This document shows, in pieces, positions 50,205 to 60,325 of a stretch of 64,000 nt of DNA. The stretch is from a bacterium (GTDB taxonomy: Bacteria > SAR324 > NAC60-12), in assembly GCA_965209155.1 (NCBI GenBank), contig OZ242383.1, positions 3,328,001-3,392,000 of the forward strand. The letters run 5' to 3'. The notes under the pieces were generated by a model that saw nothing but the letters and a program-made list of their open reading frames with translations, did no database searches and was not told the origin of the DNA. The position numbers and the translations under genes are program-made. The first letter of the stretch is position 1; each line of letters starts with the position of its first letter.

Positions 50205-51722
50205 ATGGGTAAAGACACGGGTTTTTTAGAAATTGAAAAAGAAAACGTTCCCCGGCGTCCCATCGAGGAGCGTGTCTTGGATTATAAGGAGTATGATGAG
50301 CTCTATAGCGAATCAGCGATTCGTCAACAAGCATCGCGCTGTATGGATTGTGGCATTCCCTTCTGCCACACGGGGTGTCCTTTGGGCAACATGATTCCGG
50401 ATTGGAACGATTTGGTTTACCGGGGTCATTGGAAGGAAGCCCTCGATGCGCTTCACAGCACCAACAATTTCCCGGAATTTACCGGACGCATTTGCCCGGC
50501 TCCCTGCGAAGATGCCTGCGTCCTTAATGAGTATTATACCCTGGATTTGCAGGAGAGGCTTAAAAAGAAAAACGCAGTCACTATTGAACAAATCGAAAAA
50601 CACATCGCGGACCGTGGATGGGAGGAAGGGTGGATTCAACCCATTTTGCCTGAAAAATCCACCGGCAAGCAAATCGCAATTGTTGGATCAGGTCCCGCCG
50701 GACTGGCGGCTGCCCAACAGTTGAGACGCGTAGGTCATCAAGTGGTTGTCTTTGAAAAAGACGACCGGATTGGCGGATTGTTGGCCTATGGCATCCCGGA
50801 TTTCAAATTGGATAAGCTCAACGTAAAACGACGGATGCGACAAATGACGTCAGAAGGTGTAATTTTCAAAACAAACACGCATGTGGGGAAAGACATCAGC
50901 GTGGAAGAACTGCGTGGAGGTTACGATGCCGTTCTCTTGGCTATGGGAGCGCAACAAGCTCGAAAATTGAAGGTTCCCGGCAACGACCTGCGGGGAGTTT
51001 ATTACGCTATGGAATATTTACCACAGCAAAATCGAAGCAATGCCGGAGATTCGATTGATCCGAAATTCCGTATTTCCGCAGAGGGAAAAACTGCGACAAT
51101 TTTAGGGGGTGGATTCACGGGGGCCGATTGTCTGGGGACCCTCAACCGGCAAAAAGCGAAGAAGAAAGTCTATCAGTTTGAATTGGTCGATATGGTACCA
51201 CGCCCCACACCCGTTCACGAAGAAGCAGCCATGGATTGCCGTGCCGGTATTTTAACGGAAAAATTAATCGGAGATGAATTTGGGCGATTGAAGGCGCTGA
51301 AAGCGGTTCGGGTCAAATGGAAGCGGGAAAACGACAGTATGGTGATGGAAAAAATCCCAGGCAGCGAATTTGTTATTGAAACCGATATTCTCTTTCTTGC
51401 CCTCGGATTTTTGGGACCGACCATCGAAGGGATTGTAAATGATTTAGGCGTTCTTCTCCAGGTACGAGGTCAAAAAGAACTGCAATACCCACAAGAAATA
51501 CTCAAGATGCTGAAACAAAGAGATCTCATGTTTGCCATTCATTCCGGCGATGATTTCATGACCAACCTGGACGGTGTTTTTGTTGCCGGTGATTCGAGGC
51601 GCGGAGCTTCCCTGGTGGTTTGGGCGATTTGGGAAGGACGTGAGGCAGCACGATGTATTGATCTTTATTTGATGGGTAGTACGGAATTGCCCTCCTCTCC
51701 TCAGGCCGATATGATTGCATGA
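50205..51722 (+). CDS. gltD: Glutamate synthase small subunit
   Basis: RCMDCGIPFC, GRICPAPCE, GSGPAG, GDSRRGASLVVWAI. Confidence 0.96.
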   Translation: MGKDTGFLEIEKENVPRRPIEERVLDYKEYDELYSESAIRQQASRCMDCGIPFCHTGCPLGNMIPDWNDLVYRGHWKEALDALHSTNNFPEFTGRICPAPCEDACVLNEYYTLDLQERLKKKNAVTIEQIEKHIADRGWEEGWIQPILPEKSTGKQIAIVGSGPAGLAAAQQLRRVGHQVVVFEKDDRIGGLLAYGIPDFKLDKLNVKRRMRQMTSEGVIFKTNTHVGKDISVEELRGGYDAVLLAMGAQQARKLKVPGNDLRGVYYAMEYLPQQNRSNAGDSIDPKFRISAEGKTATILGGGFTGADCLGTLNRQKAKKKVYQFELVDMVPRPTPVHEEAAMDCRAGILTEKLIGDEFGRLKALKAVRVKWKRENDSMVMEKIPGSEFVIETDILFLALGFLGPTIEGIVNDLGVLLQVRGQKELQYPQEILKMLKQRDLMFAIHSGDDFMTNLDGVFVAGDSRRGASLVVWAIWEGREAARCIDLYLMGSTELPSSPQADMIA

Positions 51723-52543
51723 GCAAGAACAAGGTCATCTTTTTCAGTGCTCTCGGAATTTTTATCTGCTTCGCCGGGTACGCGTTGTGGCGTGAACTGG
51801 ACCGCAATCAAAAACAGATCCGGTCCGGGATCAGTGGCGTGGTCCATCTTGCATCCGGGATTGGGGCAGGAGTGGTGAGGACCGACAATGCCCATGTCAT
51901 ACTCATTGATCCACAGTCTCGACAACCTGTTGCTCTGAACACGCTCAATCCCCTTGTACCACCCCTGACATTTTATGTGGGGCAAGAACACGTCTTGGGA
52001 AACTATCAACTGCAAGGGGATTACCACCTGTTAATAGTGTCTGATAAAAATGGCAGGCTGGAAAACCCCGTTCCGGGGGAAGTGATTGGAGAAATTACGC
52101 CGCCACTTCCTCTTGCCACGGAAGGTTTTCAATACTATCTCAACAAACCGTTTCGAGAGTGGCCATTAAGGCCACAGTCCGATTTCAGGGAGGAAGATCC
52201 GGCTTTGACGATTCAAGGAAAATTGAAGGTCAAAGCCGAATTGACTGCGCAAGTTGAAGAGACGGACCGACTGGTGATACTGTTATTCGATCCCGAGCAG
52301 GCACGCCCGGTTGCCATTAAAATCATTCCGCACTTCTATGATGGTCAATCCTTTTCAATCGGGCAAATCCATGCGATGCCCGGACAGAATTTGCGAGGTT
52401 CGTACTCCTTGCGAATCCTCACCGATAAAAACAACCAACCCTTTCACCCGGCGCCTGGAGAAATCGTGGGACGTTCCACGGATCTCATTCCTTTGGGCAC
52501 GATGGGGTTAGAATTTGTTCTGGATCAAAATTATACGAATTGA
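51719..52543 (+). CDS. Membrane-anchored hypothetical protein with two tandem homologous domains
   Basis: N-terminal TM; repeated DP...PVA...F..GQ.H......L.G.Y.L....DKN......P.PGE..G pattern. Confidence 0.7.
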   Translation: MSKNKVIFFSALGIFICFAGYALWRELDRNQKQIRSGISGVVHLASGIGAGVVRTDNAHVILIDPQSRQPVALNTLNPLVPPLTFYVGQEHVLGNYQLQGDYHLLIVSDKNGRLENPVPGEVIGEITPPLPLATEGFQYYLNKPFREWPLRPQSDFREEDPALTIQGKLKVKAELTAQVEETDRLVILLFDPEQARPVAIKIIPHFYDGQSFSIGQIHAMPGQNLRGSYSLRILTDKNNQPFHPAPGEIVGRSTDLIPLGTMGLEFVLDQNYTN

Positions 52544-52664
52544 AGGCTGATGGATTTTGTCGGGAGGTACGTACTGAATTTTTTACTTGAATCACTTTCC
52601 ATTAAAATTTATTATTCAAGATTGACCAAAATTTCCACTTTCTCCATGCATAGGTCAGGAAATT

Positions 52665-53336
52665 ATGAGTGAACAACGAATGAGCCGCAAGGAATTGCAT
52701 CGACCCGATCGAATCCAGCAAGCCTTGTATGCCATTTCCAACTTCATTTTCATAAAGAAGAAATGGTTCATTGCAGGAGGTATTGCCCTCATTGTTGCCG
52801 TCATCGCTGTTTTTTTGGGCATTCAATATAATCAAATCCAACAAATCGAACAAGCGAATCTACTTTATGCCGCCCAGCGGATTCTCACTGAAGACGGTCT
52901 GGAAAACGCAGAGCCACGGGCGTTGAACGCCTTCAATGAATTTTATGAAAAATATCCCGATAGTGGCAACGGAGCTGTCGCACTGATGCATATCGGGAAG
53001 TTGTATGTCGAACAAAACCAGTGGGAGCAGGCAGAGCAGGCATATCGACGAGCAACTAAACATACCAAGGCTGCAGTCAGTTTGGTCAATGCAGCTAAAG
53101 TAAGTCTTGCAGTCATTTATGAAGGTCAGCAGAAGTGGGACGCTGCGAATGAGGTTATCAACAGTATTGAAGGAGAGGATTGGAGGGATGTACGGTGGAA
53201 GTATCTTGCGCAAATTGCCTTGGCGCAAAGAGATATTAACACCGCAAAAGACTACCTCGAACGATTGGTCGAGCGGACTCCTGATTCCTTATTCAGACAA
53301 GAAGCCCAAACCATATTACTCACCTTGAATCCATAG
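52665..53336 (+). CDS. YfgM-like TPR membrane protein
   Basis: RKELHRPD N-terminus, single TM, TPR-like helices. Confidence 0.75.
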   Translation: MSEQRMSRKELHRPDRIQQALYAISNFIFIKKKWFIAGGIALIVAVIAVFLGIQYNQIQQIEQANLLYAAQRILTEDGLENAEPRALNAFNEFYEKYPDSGNGAVALMHIGKLYVEQNQWEQAEQAYRRATKHTKAAVSLVNAAKVSLAVIYEGQQKWDAANEVINSIEGEDWRDVRWKYLAQIALAQRDINTAKDYLERLVERTPDSLFRQEAQTILLTLNP

Positions 53337-53349
53337 AAAGGAATCATTT

Positions 53350-53694
53350 ATGTCGCTCGATTTGGATTATTTGAATTTCGTTGAATCTCACGAAAATTAC
53401 AAAGATTTTAATGTTTTTGAAAAAGTACTGATGGCAAGCCAGAGGGCTAAAGCAATCTATGAAGAAGAAAAAACAAGAGAGGAAGAACAAGAAAAAGTGA
53501 CTAATGACGTCAGACCTGCCCATAAGCCGACATATCAAGCGGTTTTAGAAATCAATGAAGGGAAACTTTTACGAATTTACGAGACCACTAAAGCGCCAGT
53601 GGTTTTAGCCGATTCCTCTCCTATTGATGATCTTTCTTCCAACGAGCATATGACAACCCCATTAGAAAACGGCTATCAGGCGGCAGAAAATTGA
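53350..53694 (+). CDS. rpoZ: Probable RNA polymerase omega subunit
   Basis: NVFEKVLMASQRAK...KPTYQAVLEINEGKL omega-like pattern. Confidence 0.6.
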   Translation: MSLDLDYLNFVESHENYKDFNVFEKVLMASQRAKAIYEEEKTREEEQEKVTNDVRPAHKPTYQAVLEINEGKLLRIYETTKAPVVLADSSPIDDLSSNEHMTTPLENGYQAAEN

Positions 53695-54146
53695 GCAACC
53701 AACTTAAGACGCGCCTGAACTGCCAGAAAGTCACAACGTTCATTTTCAGGATGATGCGCGTGACCTTTGATCCAATACCAGGAAATTTTATGAATTTGAG
53801 AGAGTTTTAACAATTCTTGCCACAGGTCCCGATTGGCAATTGGTTGGCGACCGGCTCCAATCCATCGATTGCTTTGCCATTTATGCAACCACCCTTCGTT
53901 AAAGGCTCTTTCGATATAACGGGAGTCCGTGTGAAGATTCACGACACAGGCCGTTTTCAGAGCTTGCAGGGCCTTAATGGTTGCTAACAATTCCATTCGG
54001 TTATTCGTTGTATTCCGTTTTGCGCCGAAAATTTCTTTGCGATAATTTCCGTGTCCGGGCGAAATCAAGACTGCAGCCCATCCTCCAATTCCTGGATTAG
54101 GAGCGCACGCGCCATCCGTATATATTTCAACAATGGGTTTTTTCAT
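53676..54146 (-). CDS. rnhA: Ribonuclease HI
   Basis: IYTDGAC..NPG.GG, TTNNRMEL, TDSRY, WIKGH, NERCD. Confidence 0.96.
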   Translation of the reverse strand: MKKPIVEIYTDGACAPNPGIGGWAAVLISPGHGNYRKEIFGAKRNTTNNRMELLATIKALQALKTACVVNLHTDSRYIERAFNEGWLHKWQSNRWIGAGRQPIANRDLWQELLKLSQIHKISWYWIKGHAHHPENERCDFLAVQARLKLVAQFSAA

Positions 54147-54187
54147 ATGAAGTTAAATATCAACGTGAATCAGGAGTCAAAAAACGG

Positions 54188-54293
54188 GTCATTCCTGGCT
54201 TGACCAGGAATCAAGGGGGATACGGGCGATATTTTGGATGCCGGATCATCCCGGACTTGATCCGGGACCAGGATGATCCTGGACCAGCATGAC
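54188..54293. repeat. REP-like nested palindromic element
   Basis: GTCATTCCTGGCTTGACCAGGAATC ... GATCATCCCGGACTTGATCCGGGA..GGATGATC ... CATGAC. Confidence 0.65.
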
Positions 54294-54500
54294 ACATCAT
54301 AATTATTAAATTATTGATTTTATCAATTAAATTTCAATTCCTGATTCGCATATATCATATTTTTTCGTTTCGGGCTTGAATTAGTACTTTCAGATCAATC
54401 ATCCAATGACTTGATCTGTGACTCTGGAATCAAATAGCGTGGCAGGTTCCAGGATAGCCAGGCAAGCCGGGTTCGACAACTATAGAAAAAGTATCCGATT

Positions 54501-56030
54501 ATGTCCAATTCGATTATAAGTGGCAATCGCATCTTATCCTATGAAAACTTCCATGCAAAAGTGTCTCGTGCAGCTCAGGGGTTCCATGAATTGGGAGTGG
54601 GAGAAGGGGACACGATTTGCATTATGTTACGAAATGACCTTCCGTTTTTTATAGCCAGTTTTGCCGCAGGATCTCTTGGAGCCTATTCGGTGCCGATCAA
54701 TTGGCATTATAATGTGGAAGAAACTCGATATATTCTGGAGGATTCGGATGCAAAAGTTCTGGTCATCCATGCGGACTTGCTGCACCAGATAAGAGTAGCA
54801 ATTGCCGAAAATATCCGGATATTGGTCGTGATCACTCCACCTGAGATTCAGGAGGCTTATCAATTGGAAGAATTTCAATGTTCCGCGCCTTCGGGATATT
54901 TGGAGTGGGAAAGCTGGCTCGAATCCTGTACCCCTTGGGAAGCCCCTGCCAGGATAGCGCCTGCGACGATGATTTATACTTCAGGGACTACGGGGCGTCC
55001 CAAAGGAGTTCGTCGAAAGGTTCCCACTCCCGAATTAGTGGAAAAGACACAGAATATCCGCAGAAAAACTTGGGGTTTCACACCAGAAGCCATTGTCCTG
55101 GTGACCGGCCCGGTTTATCACACGGCACCCAATTCTTATAGTATGACTGCCGTAAGAAGCGAGGCGCAGATGATCTTGCAACCTCGCTTCGATGCTGAAG
55201 AAATGCTTTATTTGATCGAACGTTTTCGAGTGACCCATGCGCACCTGGTGCCAACAATGTTTGTACGATTGCTAAGGCTTCCCGCGGAGACACGGGAACG
55301 ATACGATATCTCATCACTTAAAAATGTTGCTCATGGCGCTGCCCCCTGCTCCCCTGAAATCAAGCGTGCCATGATGGAATGGATGGGGTCTATCCTTTAT
55401 GAATATTATGGAAGTACCGAAGCAGGGGTGCCGGTTCTTTGCACACCGCAAGAATGGCTGGCGCATCCTGGAACCGTGGGTAAAACTTGCGAATGGGCAA
55501 AGTTGAAAATTCTTGGTGAACAGGGGGAAGCTCTTGCCCCCGGTCAAATCGGGGATATTTATACAATGGTGGATTACCAATCCGATTTTACTTACCATAA
55601 ACTCGATGAAAAACGACGAGAGATCGAAAGAAATGGAATGGTCACCAGTGGTGACCGGGGGTATCTGTCCAAAGATGGTTTTCTTTACCTGTGCGATCGT
55701 AAAAATGACATGGTGATTTCCGGAGGCGTCAATATTTATCCTGCCGAAATCGAGAAAGAGTTGATTCTCCTTTCTGGTGTGAAAGATTGCGCAGTATTTG
55801 GCATACCGGATGAAGAATTTGGTGAATCACTCATTGCTTATGTGGAACTGGAAAATGGCGCAGAACTGCGTGCGGAATCGGTGAAACAGTTTCTGGGTGA
55901 GCGAATCGCCAGGTATAAAGTTCCTCGCATTGTCGAATTTCATCAAAATCTTCCTCGTGAAGATTCGGGAAAGATCTTCAAACGAAAGCTGCGAGATCCA
56001 TATTGGAAAAATTCTGGACGAAAAATTTGA
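54501..56030 (+). CDS. Acyl-CoA synthetase (AMP-binding enzyme)
   Basis: YTSGTTGRPKG, YYGSTE, SGD.GY, SGGVNIYPAEIE, SGKIFK. Confidence 0.92.
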   Translation: MSNSIISGNRILSYENFHAKVSRAAQGFHELGVGEGDTICIMLRNDLPFFIASFAAGSLGAYSVPINWHYNVEETRYILEDSDAKVLVIHADLLHQIRVAIAENIRILVVITPPEIQEAYQLEEFQCSAPSGYLEWESWLESCTPWEAPARIAPATMIYTSGTTGRPKGVRRKVPTPELVEKTQNIRRKTWGFTPEAIVLVTGPVYHTAPNSYSMTAVRSEAQMILQPRFDAEEMLYLIERFRVTHAHLVPTMFVRLLRLPAETRERYDISSLKNVAHGAAPCSPEIKRAMMEWMGSILYEYYGSTEAGVPVLCTPQEWLAHPGTVGKTCEWAKLKILGEQGEALAPGQIGDIYTMVDYQSDFTYHKLDEKRREIERNGMVTSGDRGYLSKDGFLYLCDRKNDMVISGGVNIYPAEIEKELILLSGVKDCAVFGIPDEEFGESLIAYVELENGAELRAESVKQFLGERIARYKVPRIVEFHQNLPREDSGKIFKRKLRDPYWKNSGRKI

Positions 56031-56217
56031 AGTAGTTCAAGAAATACGCCATGTCATTTGAAGGCAATTGTAAATCTGACAGGGCAGGAATTCAAATTCC
56101 ACTCCCCCTGTCCGTAGAGCACTATATGTTTGTTTCGCAATTATTCACTTGAACGAAATAACGTAACCTACCCCAATTTGACCCCGTTTTATTTTACAAT
56201 TTTGGTGATGTGGGACT

Positions 56218-56618
56218 TCAATAAGGTTCTGTTATTAAAATCCCTTTTGAATAGTCGATAGTGACTTGATAGAGTCGGAAAAAATCTAAACCAATGAGAG
56301 CATCAATCCCCCAAGATTTTTTTAAAATCGAGATACAAAGATTTCATATTCAGTCATTTGATGACCACATATATTCACAGATGGCAAGATGATGGTTTCA
56401 TATTTTTGGGTTGGTAAACCGGTTTTTAATCGGACTTCTTCATCTGTTGTTTCAATGAAACCGGTATGCATCAAAAACTGATCCGAGCATTCTGTCGTAG
56501 GAGCACCTGTGTCCAAAATTCCGGAGACACTATGACTGAAGCCTTTTCTATCCATAATGAGAAATTCGAGATGGATATGATATTCGGCAGTATCAAATGA
56601 CGTGATCCTTTTTTGCAT
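56218..56618 (-). pseudogene. Retropepsin-like aspartic protease with a stop/frameshift near 56320
   Basis: ILDTGA motif; continuation SWGIDALIGLDFF...VTIDY lies in another frame. Confidence 0.7.
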
Positions 56619-56835
56619 GACTCCTCAAACCACCAAAAGTAGATTTACCAGTGTATCGAAACGCAGTTGACTGATTTAATGCTGGTAAGCGATAAACATG
56701 ATCCTTGTCTTTCGAGTGTCGATTCACCACTCCTGAAATGAGATGCCCTGAGGGATCTAACTCATATTCGATAATCAATAACCATTGATCAGGAAATTTG
56801 TTCTTCATTTCATCCCACGTCATTTTTTCTTTCAT
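56593..56835 (-). CDS. Small hypothetical protein coupled to the protease gene
   Basis: MTWDEMKNKFPDQWLLI; GGAGG RBS; overlaps the protease ORF. Confidence 0.7.
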   Translation of the reverse strand: MKEKMTWDEMKNKFPDQWLLIIEYELDPSGHLISGVVNRHSKDKDHVYRLPALNQSTAFRYTGKSTFGGLRSHAKKDHVI

Positions 56836-57095
56836 AAGAACCTCCTTTCATTCCCTTTCTTCTTCGTTATTCTGAATCTGTGGCCATACGAGCTTCCAAC
56901 CTCCTCGTCTGCTTCAACCACTAGATCATCTTCAATGATACTGGTTTTTGGGAGATTTTTCGAGCATATTGTATGAAAAAGTAGGAAGGATTGATGTTTT
57001 TTATGGTTCGATGCTGTTTTATCTTCTTGAAATGGTCTTGGATTCAGACCTTATCTTCACCATAAATCTTTGGTTGGAATGATTCTTTTTTGCGT

Positions 57096-57160
57096 TGCGA
57101 ACGCTGAAATCACCAGCCGCTTCCTACAGGAAAGAGGTCTGGTGAATTGATTGGTTAGAA
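57096..57160 (-). other. attC-like site
   Basis: Minus strand R'' TTCTAAC, CAATC, L'' AAT[T]CACC ... L' GGTGATT, TCAGC, R' GTTCGCA; 65 bp. Confidence 0.75.
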
Positions 57161-57353
57161 ATTTTTTAATTCTACTTTTAGCCTAAGTCAGCCAAAACGC
57201 TCAAAAAATTCTGAAGTGTCTGGTGGGCATTCCTCAAATTGAGGAAGATCGTCTGTGATCTCATATCAAGGGGCTTTTGAGCCTGCAAAAATATGTGCTA
57301 AGGGACGACTTCCCGGATCCCCTACCACTGAACCCAGCCTAATCCAGCTTAAT

Positions 57354-57473
57354 TTAATCAGAAATAAACCTCCAGCTCTGCTGGGGGACTCATACAAGTT
57401 TGACCGTGTGCAGCGGTCATTCTGTATTAACCTTCAATACAAGGAGATCTGTATGAGAGACTATCAAAGTTTA
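57354..57473 (+). mobile_element. Left end and first tnpA codons of an IS200-like element, truncated at IS5
   Basis: Hairpin CCTCCAGC-TCT-GCTGGGGG; AAGGAG RBS and ATG 57453 MRDYQSL, typical of IS200 TnpA starts. Confidence 0.7.
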
Positions 57474-58314
57474 AGAGACTGTTTGGATAAAAAATTGCAT
57501 ATTTACTATATTTCCATTTTTTTAAAAGGAGATAGATGTATCCAAGCAATTTAAGCGATCAAGAATGGTCTGAGATTGAACATTTTTTTAGACGTTCTGA
57601 CCCCCGAGGGACCAAGAGTATTCATAGCAAACATACCATAGTCAATGCGGTTTTATATGTAGTGAAATCGGGTTGTCAGTGGAGAATGCTTCCCCATGAT
57701 TTTCCTCCCTGGCAAACCGTTTATGATCATTATCGCCGCTGGAATCAAAGAGGGATTTGGCAAAAGGTTTTGGATTACCTCAATGCCCGCACTCGTGTGA
57801 AACAGGGCAAGAAGCCTTTTCCCAGTTACGCCATCGTCGATTCTCAAAGTGTGAAAACCCAATATGCTTCCAAAGAGCGGGGCATCGATGGGGGAAAAAA
57901 TAATCAAAGGACATAAACGCCATATCAGTGTGGATACTTTGGGCAACCTTTTATATGTGAAAGTCCATGCAGCGAACCAATCTGACACCAAGGAAGGGTG
58001 CGCTGTTTTTGAGTAAACCACTCGCAAATATCCAAGCTTGAAAGCTTTTTCCGCGGACCAAGGATATTGTGGCACCTCGCTGGAATTTGTGGAAAAGGTA
58101 TTGGGACTGAAACTCGACATCGCTAAAGGAATCAAGGGCCAGTGGGTCCTCTTGAAAAAACGCTGGGTTGTCGAGCGCACATTCGCTTGGTTCGGCGGAT
58201 TCAGAAGACTATCCAAAGATTTTGAAATCCTCACAAACACTGCTGAAAATATGATTCGTATTGCCATGATCAAAGTGACCTTAGCAAAGTGTCTTATTTA
58301 ACCAAACGGATTCT
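57474..58314 (+). mobile_element. IS5-family element (two-ORF frameshift type), inactivated by in-frame TAA at 58014
   Basis: MYPSNLSDQEW, GCQWRMLPHDFPPWQTVY, IVDSQSVK, GGGGGAAAAAA shift site, KRWVVERTFAW; imperfect TIRs flanked by TA. Confidence 0.88.
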
Positions 58315-58459
58315 TAGGATCGCACCACTGGCCAGGCCGGATCTATGAGTTCTTATATGAGCGCTTGCAATGAATGTCTGGCCAGTCTTTACTATGGTTA
58401 CTTCTGTATATAATTCCTCTTTTTTTTATTATGTATCGTTCAACTTAGGGTGATGTAAA

Positions 58460-60085
58460 ATGAAACGTATTTTTCATGTAGATTACGATCTCCATACCTT
58501 GCGGGGGGATATCTTTGGTGGCATCACTTCCACTGTAGTGGCGCTACCGGTCTCTCTTGCCTTCGGAGTAGCGTCGGGCTTGGGAGCGGAAGCCGGCATG
58601 TTTGGCGCAATCGCGGTTGGTTTTTTCGCCTCGGTCTTTGGTGGCACGCGCTCTCAGATATCCGGTCCCACAGCTCCTATGACCGTCTCCATGGCGATCA
58701 TTCTCACCAGCCACGCGGCAAACCTTACCGAAGCCTTGACCGTGGTGATTCTGGCAGGATTGCTGCAGATGTTCATGGGTCTTTTGAGAATCGGCCGCTT
58801 CGTGGTCTATACACCGTATGTCGTTGTTTCAGGATTCATGTCCGGAATCGGTGTCATTATCATTTTGATGCAGACCTTACCTTTCCTCGGAGCGTCTGCC
58901 GTACCGGGCGGGTCTATGGGGATGGTCCTTGCCTTGCCGGAAGCGATTGACAGCATCAATCCGAGTGCTTTCTCAGTCGCCATCATCACTTTGGCTGTTG
59001 GAGTGTTTTGGCCTCGCCGGTTCATGAGATTCCTGCCGGGGCCCCTTGTGGCGCTTATTGCCGGGACGCTGACAGGTGTGTTTTGGTTGAACGACGCACC
59101 GATCATCGGTCAGGTGCCGACTGGTTTACCGGAGCTGCAGTTGGGGTTGCCTTCTGTTGGCTTCCTGGCTCATGCTGTGCAACCAGCTCTTATCCTTGCT
59201 TTGCTCGGCTCGATAGACAGTCTGCTCACTTCATTGGTTGCCGATTCGATGACCGGGACTCGCCACAACCCTGATCAGGAATTGATTGGTCAGGGCATCG
59301 GAAACATGGTTGCGGGAATCTTCGGAGGGCTTCCCGGTGCTGGAGCAACCATGGGTACCGTTACCAACATTCGCGCCGGTGGAAAAACCCGGATTTCAGG
59401 CACACTACGCGCATTATTCTTGCTGGCGCTGGTTCTGGGACTTGGCCAATACGTCGAGACTATTCCTCTTGCCGCTCTTGCCGGAGTCCTGATGAAAATT
59501 GGCTGGGACATCATCGATTGGCGTCTTCTCACTCGTATCCATCACGTCCGCCGCGAACATCTTTTCGTCATGCTGATCACTCTGGGGCTCACGGTTTTTG
59601 TAGATCTGGTAACTGCCGTGGCAATAGGACTGATTGCGGCGGGAATGGCTCATGCGCGTCAGTTGGAACGCTTGGAACTCGACAGTGTGATTTCCGTACC
59701 ATTGCTTGATCAAAACTTTTTTTCTGAACAGGAGGAGGAGTTTTCATTCGCAGCACGGGTTGGCCTGGTGGCGCTCAGGGGAAGTTTCACCGTCGCCTCC
59801 TCTCACAGGTTGGTTACGGTGATTGGTGCTGATATCAAGGATCACGAGGTCGTCATATTCGATTTCTCCGAAACCATATACCTTGACGATACGGCGGCGA
59901 TGGTTATCAACCAACTCATCGACATTGCGAAAAAAGAGCATACCGAAACCATCATAAAGGGGCTCTCCGGTCCTGTAGCGAAGACCCTGCATGCGCTAGA
60001 TATCTTACGACATGTACCCGAACATCACATCGTCGAAACCCAGGACCAGGCGCGGCAGATTGCGAAAAAACTTCTCAATGGTTGA
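58460..60085 (+). CDS. SulP-family anion transporter (BicA-like) with STAS domain
   Basis: GDIFGG, ALPVSLAFG, QISGPT, GATMGT; C-terminal STAS DFS..YLDDT. Confidence 0.92.
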   Translation: MKRIFHVDYDLHTLRGDIFGGITSTVVALPVSLAFGVASGLGAEAGMFGAIAVGFFASVFGGTRSQISGPTAPMTVSMAIILTSHAANLTEALTVVILAGLLQMFMGLLRIGRFVVYTPYVVVSGFMSGIGVIIILMQTLPFLGASAVPGGSMGMVLALPEAIDSINPSAFSVAIITLAVGVFWPRRFMRFLPGPLVALIAGTLTGVFWLNDAPIIGQVPTGLPELQLGLPSVGFLAHAVQPALILALLGSIDSLLTSLVADSMTGTRHNPDQELIGQGIGNMVAGIFGGLPGAGATMGTVTNIRAGGKTRISGTLRALFLLALVLGLGQYVETIPLAALAGVLMKIGWDIIDWRLLTRIHHVRREHLFVMLITLGLTVFVDLVTAVAIGLIAAGMAHARQLERLELDSVISVPLLDQNFFSEQEEEFSFAARVGLVALRGSFTVASSHRLVTVIGADIKDHEVVIFDFSETIYLDDTAAMVINQLIDIAKKEHTETIIKGLSGPVAKTLHALDILRHVPEHHIVETQDQARQIAKKLLNG

Positions 60086-60325
60086 CGTGAACGAATTGGG
60101 ACATAGCGCCTTTGCCAGGCAATATCAAAATCGAACCTCGTTCGGGGTCCGGCTTGAAAGCTTGGATAAAGCGATATTTGAGGCGGATGATTGATGATAA
60201 TAGATTAATAGGGTTCATCCATCAAGGAAACGAATCAATCCCAGGATTGAACTTCTCTCATTTATAAATTAACTTGAGTATTACCAACATAAAAATTAGA
60301 AAACTCATTTTTCAGGAGAAATTAC

